A DNA stretch of 32,000 nucleotides from Candidatus Kuenenia stuttgartensis (GTDB lineage Bacteria > Planctomycetota > Brocadiia > Brocadiales > Brocadiaceae). The DNA is taken from assembly GCF_900232105.1 (NCBI RefSeq), contig NZ_LT934425.1, positions 2,280,001 to 2,312,000 of the forward strand. The letters are read 5' to 3'. Positions 18,486 to 24,911 of the stretch are shown here, piece by piece (position 1 is the stretch's first letter; each line of letters starts with the position of its first letter). Under the pieces are notes generated by a model. That model made no database searches. It was not told the DNA's origin and worked only from the letters and a program-made list of their open reading frames with translations. Position numbers and translations under genes: made by a program.

Positions 18486-18557
18486 TGGCAAAATGGAGTA
18501 GTGTATTTCTCTATACCTACCGTAGTCATTGGCTCGTGGGCGAGAAAGACAAGGGGC
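18486..18557. repeat. Duplicate of the 3' end of the MBL-fold hydrolase gene (att-like direct repeat, left copy)
   Basis: ggcaaaatggagtagtgtatttctctatacctaccgtagtcattggctcgtgggcgagaaagacaagggg differs from 30976-31047 at 4 positions by my count. On the minus strand it reads LVFLAHEPMTTVGIEKYTTPFCQ-stop. Confidence 0.8.
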
Positions 18558-18775
18558 TGCTGGGGTCATTTAGAGAAGCAAGGATGGTTTATATTGATTT
18601 ATGTTGCAGGTATAGGTTGTATCATAAAAGTTTAAGGGAAATTGGTCAGGAGCTGGGAGGTTTAACCGTTGGAGGGATGAGTCAGGTAAGAAAGAGATTA
18701 AAAGAAAAACTGCAGAAAGACGATACCTTAAGGTTCATGTATAACCGGTGCAATAAGGCGCTCTCCGACGAATAG
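18536..18775 (+). pseudogene. C-terminal DnaA-C-like HTH fragment of a transposase-associated protein
   Basis: ARMVYIDLCCRYRLYHKSLREIGQELGGLTVGGMSQVRKRLKEKLQKDD follows the Bac_DnaA_C pattern (..yL.r..t..sl.eIG..fGg..hs.V..a.k.....). As I recall, this domain occurs at the C-terminus of COG1943-type Y1 (REP-associated/IS200-like) transposase relatives. Only ~70 residues are present and no catalytic domain. Confidence 0.45.
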
Positions 18776-18906
18776 TTATTTATACAGGTAAAAGGATTTA
18801 CCTGAATATTAATCAATTTCAACATATCCTTGTAATTAAAACTGTTAAATGTATAATCGTTTCAGGAAAAAATACATTGTTGTCAATAGGTTAGGTTTGA
18901 CCCCAT
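18710..18906. repeat. Direct repeat, copy 1 (tail of HTH fragment plus downstream sequence ending in tttgaccccat)
   Basis: ctgcagaaagacgataccttaaggttcatgtataacc...caataggttaggtttgaccccat recurs at 19904-20090 with few substitutions and small indels. Confidence 0.85.
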
Positions 18907-19195
18907 GCCATACCCATGGGTAAATATTGGTGATAAGGCGGCCGTCTTTGAGGCCACCCACGGTACTGCCCCCAAATATGCGGGAAAAGATATGGTTAAT
19001 CTGGGTTCAGTTATTTTATCAGGGGTAATGATGTTTGAGCATCTGGGCTGGGATGAGGCAGCAAACATGATTGTGAAGGCATTGGGAAAGGCTATTCAAA
19101 AGAAGACAGTTACGTATGACCTTGAACGTCAGATGAAGGGCGCTAAATTAGTCAAGTGTTCCGAGTTTGCCGATGAAATAATTAAGAATATGTGA
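18905..19195 (+). pseudogene. icd: Isocitrate dehydrogenase (NADP) 3'-terminal fragment (icd')
   Basis: [90 protein letters not shown] aligns along its length with the last ~90 residues of bacterial Icd (E. coli ...[37 protein letters not shown]...[29 protein letters not shown]). The first ~320 residues are absent. Confidence 0.85.
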
Positions 19196-19241
19196 GGTAA
19201 TTCTTCAGCCACAAACCTGAAATAAAGAAGGAGGGAACAAA

Positions 19242-19439
19242 ATGTCGGTCAAAGAAATGATAAAGAAAGAGATTGATAAACTTCCGGAAAATCTTCTTCC
19301 AGAGGTCTTTGATTTCATTCAGTTTTTAGAAAGCAAAAGAGAAAGAATCGTGATTGCAAGAGCCTCTCAGGACTTGTCCACTGCATCATTTCAAAAAATA
19401 TGGGACAATGAAGAGGATGCAGTTTATGACAGTCTATAA
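19242..19439 (+). CDS. DUF2281-like antitoxin
   Basis: 65 aa. The KEIDKLPENLLPEVFDFIQFLESK pattern is typical of DUF2281 antitoxins. It overlaps the downstream PemK/MazF gene by 14 nt. A good SD (aaggaggg) lies upstream. Confidence 0.65.
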   Translation: MSVKEMIKKEIDKLPENLLPEVFDFIQFLESKRERIVIARASQDLSTASFQKIWDNEEDAVYDSL

Positions 19440-19767
19440 TAGAGGAGATGTCGTTCTTGTCCCTTTTCCATTCAGCAACCAAACTATCATAAAGAAACGT
19501 CCGGCGGTAATTATTAGTTCTGATGTTTATAACAATACATCCTCTGACATTGTTATTATGGCAATTACGGGAAAAACAGGCAATCTTACCATAGGAGAAT
19601 GTTTAATAGAAGATTGGCAGAGTGCTGGTTTGTTAAAGCCTTCTTCTATCAAACCAGCCATATCAACTATTGAACAAAGCTTAGTTTTAAAGAAACTTGG
19701 CAAACTTTCGCCTAAAGACCTCATTTTAATGGAAAATGTACTAAAAGAATTTTTAGATTTGATATAA
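19426..19767 (+). CDS. PemK/MazF-family type II toxin (endoribonuclease)
   Basis: From Met at 19426: MTVYNRGDVVLVPFPFSNQTIIKKRPAVIISSDVYNNTSSDIVIMAITG. This is the RGD(I/V)(V/W)..F.....KKRPA.V(I/V)S....IV..ITS/G signature of the PemK/MazF fold. The ORF-track start at 19354 is probably too long. Confidence 0.8.
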   Translation: MTVYNRGDVVLVPFPFSNQTIIKKRPAVIISSDVYNNTSSDIVIMAITGKTGNLTIGECLIEDWQSAGLLKPSSIKPAISTIEQSLVLKKLGKLSPKDLILMENVLKEFLDLI

Positions 19768-19903
19768 AGAAGATTTGCTTATTGACTTAGCTCACCCCTG
19801 GTTTTTACAATTACTTATTAACTTAGTTTGTCCAACACATAGGAAGGGGTCAAATCTTTACCATTGACAAATATGTAATTGATAAAGATTTGACCCCATC
19901 CCT

Positions 19904-20090
19904 CTGCAGAAAGACGATACCTTAAGGTTCATGTATAACCAGTGCAGTAATGCGCTCTCCGACGAATAGTTATTTATACAGGTAAAAGGATTTACCTGAA
20001 TATTAATCAATTTCAACATATCCTTATAATTAAAACTGTAATCATTTTAGGGAAAAAACATTCTTGTCAATAGGTTAGGTTTGACCCCAT
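19904..20090. repeat. Direct repeat, copy 2
   Basis: It matches 18710-18906. Together the two copies bracket the icd'-antitoxin-toxin module. Confidence 0.85.
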
Positions 20091-20108
20091 TGACTCCCCT
20101 TGCCAATA

Positions 20109-20133
20109 GGTTAGGTTAGGTTAGGTTAGGTTT
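20109..20133. repeat. Pentanucleotide microsatellite (ggtta)x5
   Basis: aataggttaggttaggttaggttaggtttgacccc. The homologous sites at 18888 and 20072 carry only two units (aataggttaggtttgacccc). Confidence 0.9.
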
Positions 20134-20180
20134 GACCCCATTGACTTTGACTACACCCTAACTAAAAAAGGATTGATTCC

Positions 20181-21941
20181 ATGAAACAGCTTACCAAATT
20201 GTCAAATATTGATCAGTTCTTACCCAGATGGACGAAAAGAGTTATCGCAGAAACGGGTGGGCGAGACCCTCTTGGTTTATCAAGGGTTTCGGACATGATT
20301 GTCGAATTCCTTTTAACAGGTATTACTACTCAAACGAATAGAGCAAGATACTATTCATTTTACTGCTGGAATATCTGGAATATCTGGCATATTCATCTAA
20401 CGGAAAAGCCTCAGAAGTATAAAGATTTTGTTGACAGTTTTCGTAGAAGAGAGGCAGTACTTGCCATGTCCACATATGCCAACAATAGTAATACCTCACC
20501 TGTTGGCATTAAAGCCGCCCGTCCAATATTGGAGAAAGGATTCCAGAGAGGTGAGATGGACAGTAATTTTCGTGTTCTACCTTCGAATGCGCTGGGTGGC
20601 TATGGTCAGTATTACGGAGGAAGCCTGTATCAGCTTGGGTTGACGCGTCGCATTGAAAATGGAATTGACCATTTGAATAAAGGAATGGGAGAAGCATTGG
20701 CAGAAGCATTTCATTTATCTATTCATGAGACTCCTTACATCCAAAAGGAACTTTTTCGAAAAACAAAAATTCCACTTGTTGACTTTGATGGGTCTAAAAA
20801 ATTGCTGACTCTCGATGCCATCATGAAAAAATCTGGAGTCATAGAACGGAAACTTCTCATAGATCTGTTTTTCGGCTTCAATGGCACTACCATTTGTGAA
20901 AGCACCTTACTCAGAAGACACACCTTGGGTCAAATACTCCACATTCTGTGTGAATATGAAAGACATGATTTATATCTAAACCTAGATAGCATCGATGTCA
21001 TTTTTGTCTATGCGCCTTCTTACTTCGATGTCATTTGGTCTGAGGAGGATGATAAAACTATTCCATATAAATGTCCTGAAAAGTTTAGACGTTGTCACTC
21101 TCTTTGGAGGCAATTCTGTCTCCAACAATATTTTACAAATGCATTAGAAAACATACTATTTGCTGTTTTGGAAATAATAGGTAATGAATCAGCGGGTCTA
21201 ACTATAGAAAATATTGTTTTACGATTGATGGAGACCACATTTCTCAAAGTTTTACGAGAGAAAGCAGGAAAGGATTGCTATAGACCAAGAGAAATCCTTA
21301 AAGCTTTTAACATCGAAGACATTCCGACTCATGAAGCATCATACGATTTGCAACAATTGCTTATTCCAACTGCTAAAAATAGCGAATTTGATATCCTGAG
21401 GATATCTGAGGAAGACACAGGAAGTGTTACGGCTAAGGCAATGCTACTTTTAGCAGTTCTTTATGGAAAGTGGAGAGGAATTCAGGATGAAGAAGGCATG
21501 TGTTATGTACATGAACATGCTGGTAACGGCCTTTGGTTTTGGACGTTTATGCCAATCATTGATAAATGGCTGGACAAGAATACAAAGTGGGATGAAACAC
21601 TAGAAAGAATTATAAGATGTTTCATTGTTGATCAACATGATAGAATTATGTACGAGAAAAAGAGATTGGAAAGTTGCTGGTTCAGAACTGATGGAAATCG
21701 ACTATTTAAAGAACAGGAATACTCACCTAAATTTCGTGCTAATCGACATCTTCAAGCAGTTAATATTATGCGTGACTTATGTCTTATAGAATCTGACGAT
21801 GAAGGATACCTTTCGATTACCTCGAAAGGCAAAACAATTCTGAACAAAATACTGAACGAACATGAATGTGTAATAAGAAAGACAATCGATTCAATTTGCA
21901 TGAGATACTTGATAGTAGCTCCTATGATCATGCGCTCATAG
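20181..21941 (+). CDS. Cassette ORF1: 586-aa protein of unknown function with winged-helix-like C-terminus
   Basis: An AAGGA lies 8 nt upstream of the ATG. I found no nucleotide-binding or catalytic motif. The N-terminal block AETGGRDPLGLSRVSDMIVEFLLTGITTQTNRARYYSFYCW looks conserved but I cannot place it. The C-terminal IMRDLCLIESDDEGYLSITSKGKTIL has the usual wHTH wing pattern (gLie..d..y.lT.kG). Confidence 0.6.
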   Translation: MKQLTKLSNIDQFLPRWTKRVIAETGGRDPLGLSRVSDMIVEFLLTGITTQTNRARYYSFYCWNIWNIWHIHLTEKPQKYKDFVDSFRRREAVLAMSTYANNSNTSPVGIKAARPILEKGFQRGEMDSNFRVLPSNALGGYGQYYGGSLYQLGLTRRIENGIDHLNKGMGEALAEAFHLSIHETPYIQKELFRKTKIPLVDFDGSKKLLTLDAIMKKSGVIERKLLIDLFFGFNGTTICESTLLRRHTLGQILHILCEYERHDLYLNLDSIDVIFVYAPSYFDVIWSEEDDKTIPYKCPEKFRRCHSLWRQFCLQQYFTNALENILFAVLEIIGNESAGLTIENIVLRLMETTFLKVLREKAGKDCYRPREILKAFNIEDIPTHEASYDLQQLLIPTAKNSEFDILRISEEDTGSVTAKAMLLLAVLYGKWRGIQDEEGMCYVHEHAGNGLWFWTFMPIIDKWLDKNTKWDETLERIIRCFIVDQHDRIMYEKKRLESCWFRTDGNRLFKEQEYSPKFRANRHLQAVNIMRDLCLIESDDEGYLSITSKGKTILNKILNEHECVIRKTIDSICMRYLIVAPMIMRS

Positions 21942-23329
21942 CTACGTATACTTTTGACCCAGAGTTCTTTGAGGAGTACTGTCTTGAAAAACTTAAAAGT
22001 CTAAGTGGAAATGGTAATATTTCTGTTCTCGTAGATAGGGGTGAATACGAAAAAGTCATAAAAGGAACAGACTCATCAATGCCACAAAAGGCAAATCTTC
22101 GTTATCTCTTACATCCAGTTTACGTTCTAGGTGCATTTCATTCAAAAATATTTCTTTTTGTAAATCAAGACCATGGCTTGCTTGTAATCGGAAGTGCAAA
22201 TTTTACCCGTCCAGGCCTTGCATCAAATGCAGAGTTGGTGTCATGCTACGAATATGAAGTTGAGGAAAAGGAACAATTTAAGTATTTGTTTATGTCTGCA
22301 TTTCACTATTTCAGACAAATAAGTAACTATTCTCTAAGTCAAACACTCGAATCCAATATTCGGGTAGTAGAACGGGAAATTGCCTGGTTAACTGAAGGGT
22401 ATAACAATGAAATAAACGAATCAAATCCAGTACTACTACATAACATTGATACCCCACTATGGGAACAGCTAAAGGCGAAAATTGAACAACCCGTTGATTC
22501 TATTTCTGTGCTTTCCAGATATTTCGACCCAACACCTACCCTTCTTGATAGAGTGGATCGAGATTTTAAACCGAAAAAAATTAAAATCTTTACTCAAAAC
22601 GGAATCACCACATTGACCTCACAATGGTTGAAACATCCGCTAGTGAGGAAGAGTAAAGTTGAGATATATCTATGTACATATAAAGATGAAGAACATAGCC
22701 AACCCCTTCATGCAAAAGCTATTGCTATCGAGAAAGATAAAAATATCGTATTTGCTTTTGGTAGTGCCAATTTTACTACACCAGCGATGTTGCGTACCAT
22801 GAACGATGGTAATGCTGAGGTAATCTTGTGTTTCCATGGCTTAAGTAAATCGAGTATAAGCCCAGAAAGGTTTTTTGATCCAGACAATACTGCCATTCTG
22901 CTTAATCATGAAAAACAATTGAATTTTACGCAGGAGGAGGACAAAAAATCTCCATCCAATAGATATGATATATTACTTAAAGAAGCCTTGCTTGAGGGTG
23001 AACGGTTGTGCCTGATCGCTGATATTTCTGAAAAATTTAGACAATACCCTCTCATTGCTGAAATCAGTTCTCCAAACAAACCTACGCAACAAGTTAAGTT
23101 GCAGCAGTTAGATGAAGGATACTACGACGCAGACCTTTCAGATGAAATGCTGAAGAATTTTGGTGATCAATCATCCGTTGTTCAAATAAAAGCTTTGATG
23201 AACGATGAATTGATTGCACTAAGCAATCCTCTTCTATTAACCCAATCTACAAGATATTCAAACCGGTGGAAGTGTGCGTCGCGAGCGACAAATAAAGGAA
23301 GCAATGCAAAGCACAGACAAGTTCCATGA
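21866..23329 (+). CDS. Cassette ORF2: PLD-family phosphodiesterase/nuclease with two HxK...GSxN motifs
   Basis: Motif 1 is GAFHSKIFLFVNQDHGLLVIGSANFTRPGL. Motif 2 is PLHAKAIAIEKDKNIVFAFGSANFTTPAM. The N-terminal HALIATYTFDPEFFEEY is typical of the PLD-like nuclease fold. Its last ~30 codons (after 23240) appear to be out-of-frame read-through (see findings). The start overlaps ORF1 by 76 nt, or 46 nt if TTG at 21896 is used. Confidence 0.8.
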   Translation: MCNKKDNRFNLHEILDSSSYDHALIATYTFDPEFFEEYCLEKLKSLSGNGNISVLVDRGEYEKVIKGTDSSMPQKANLRYLLHPVYVLGAFHSKIFLFVNQDHGLLVIGSANFTRPGLASNAELVSCYEYEVEEKEQFKYLFMSAFHYFRQISNYSLSQTLESNIRVVEREIAWLTEGYNNEINESNPVLLHNIDTPLWEQLKAKIEQPVDSISVLSRYFDPTPTLLDRVDRDFKPKKIKIFTQNGITTLTSQWLKHPLVRKSKVEIYLCTYKDEEHSQPLHAKAIAIEKDKNIVFAFGSANFTTPAMLRTMNDGNAEVILCFHGLSKSSISPERFFDPDNTAILLNHEKQLNFTQEEDKKSPSNRYDILLKEALLEGERLCLIADISEKFRQYPLIAEISSPNKPTQQVKLQQLDEGYYDADLSDEMLKNFGDQSSVVQIKALMNDELIALSNPLLLTQSTRYSNRWKCASRATNKGSNAKHRQVP

Positions 23330-24911
23330 AGCGCTCAAGGAGATGAACCACTCTGGTGATTTAGATCGCCAGATACAGTTCCTGATCTATTGTGATATTC
23401 CAGTAATTGAAGCAGAACAACCATTTGCACGTAGGGCAAGACCACCTTTGGATCGGAACAAGGAAATGCGAAACATTGGAGAACGGAATCTCAAACACTT
23501 TGTAGACCTTCACGAAGCAACCATTGACTTCATAAATAGGCATTTTGGAAAGCTCAAAAAACATATAAAAAATGGAACTATAAAAGGCATACCAAACTTT
23601 ATGCATATCTTTCTTGCCATTTGTTGGATTCTTGAGAACCAGATTGAAAGGGTAATTCAGGGGTTTAAGTCAAAATTAACACCGATGACTTCAAAAGAGT
23701 GGTATGACTACCGTGAACAACTTGATGAATATTTTAAATACTTCAAGGAAGTTATGGATTGTCTTTGGGGTGATTATCTAACGACCATGCTTAAACATCA
23801 CACCCGCCGGGAAATCAGGGAAAAACTCGATCCTGATTTCCACTATTTGAAGGATGTCTGTTCGCAGATGTTGGGATTTAGGTCAAGAATTGAGGTCTTG
23901 CGAAAATCTCAATTAAAGGTCCAACGTGAAAGTGGCAGGGCTTTAGTCCTTCCAGAGTATTTTGAATCCATTCTCAAAGAGGAAAAATGGCACATTTATT
24001 GTGAACATATAAACTCGTCCATTGTTCAAATCAGAGCTTTAGTTGAAAATAACTCGATTGTACCTAAAAATCAGGTTCTATCAACCAATTTTCAAGAGAT
24101 TAAAACTGGTAGAAGTATAGGATGTGAATATCAAATAAAGGAGGCGCAGCAAAGTACATTGCAGTGCATAGAAGCAATCAAAGAATTATACAACTCCAGC
24201 AATTCCAAGGCACTGAAACAGTTCCTGACTTTCTGTGATATTCCAGTAATCAAAAATATACAACCAATATTAGCATACAGCCCAAGACCTTCTTCTGGGT
24301 TGAGCAAGGAAACATGGAGACTTGGAGAATGGAATCTTAGACACTTCATAAATCATCACAAAGCGACACTTCACTTTATAGACAAACATTTTAGAAAGTT
24401 AGAGATACATATTAAAGATATACCTAAAGAGAACATACCAAACTTTATGCATATCTTCCTTGCCATTGGTTGGATTTTGAGGAACCAAATCGAAATGGCA
24501 ATTCACTGCCTTAAGACAAAAATAACTCCCATGTCTTTAGAAGAATGGCAAGAATACCTTAAACAACTGGATATATATTTTAAAAAGTTTAGACTACTCA
24601 TGGATTGTCTTTGGTATAAATATCTTTCTATCATGTTAAAATATTATGCACATGAGACAATACGGGAAAGGTTCGAACCAGATTTCCAATTTCTAAAAGA
24701 CATTTGTTCGCATATGCTTGGATTTCGACCAAGAATTGATATTCTATGTAAGTCTCATTTAAAAATTCAGAGATCAGACGGAACAATAATACTTCCTGAA
24801 TATTTCTCTTCTGTTTTCAATGAAAAGGATTGGAAATACTACTCCAATAATATAAAAAAGATTCATCGCGCTATTTTTAAACACTTTTTCAAAAAGAAAC
24901 ACAAATTATGA
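23274..24911 (+). CDS. Cassette ORF3: tandem-duplicated ~282-residue helical domain protein, unknown function (probably the C-terminal part of ORF2)
   Basis: The two halves align residue for residue (QIKEAMQST../QIKEAQQST.., IPNFMHIFLAICWILENQIE/IPNFMHIFLAIGWILRNQIE, MDCLWGDYL/MDCLWYKYL, LGFRSRIEVL/LGFRPRIDIL, LPEYFES/LPEYFSS). The listed start is a GTG. The frame is open from 23241, and homology to repeat 2 begins upstream of that GTG. Confidence 0.7.
   Translation: MRRERQIKEAMQSTDKFHEALKEMNHSGDLDRQIQFLIYCDIPVIEAEQPFARRARPPLDRNKEMRNIGERNLKHFVDLHEATIDFINRHFGKLKKHIKNGTIKGIPNFMHIFLAICWILENQIERVIQGFKSKLTPMTSKEWYDYREQLDEYFKYFKEVMDCLWGDYLTTMLKHHTRREIREKLDPDFHYLKDVCSQMLGFRSRIEVLRKSQLKVQRESGRALVLPEYFESILKEEKWHIYCEHINSSIVQIRALVENNSIVPKNQVLSTNFQEIKTGRSIGCEYQIKEAQQSTLQCIEAIKELYNSSNSKALKQFLTFCDIPVIKNIQPILAYSPRPSSGLSKETWRLGEWNLRHFINHHKATLHFIDKHFRKLEIHIKDIPKENIPNFMHIFLAIGWILRNQIEMAIHCLKTKITPMSLEEWQEYLKQLDIYFKKFRLLMDCLWYKYLSIMLKYYAHETIRERFEPDFQFLKDICSHMLGFRPRIDILCKSHLKIQRSDGTIILPEYFSSVFNEKDWKYYSNNIKKIHRAIFKHFFKKKHKL

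Noticed and set aside
20109-20133. The (ggtta)5 tract resembles telomeric TTAGG-type repeats.
   Set aside because: There are only five units, embedded in a locally duplicated motif (two units in the sister copies), in the interior of a bacterial contig. It is a slipped-strand microsatellite expansion.
21841-21941. The 76-nt ORF1/ORF2 overlap as evidence that ORF1 and the PLD ORF are one frameshifted gene, by analogy with the ORF2/ORF3 junction.
   Set aside because: The PLD frame has stops at 21791-21793, 21797-21799 and 21863-21865 upstream of its ATG. No repeat-based homology bridges the two frames. A genuine overlap (or a TTG start at 21896) is sufficient.
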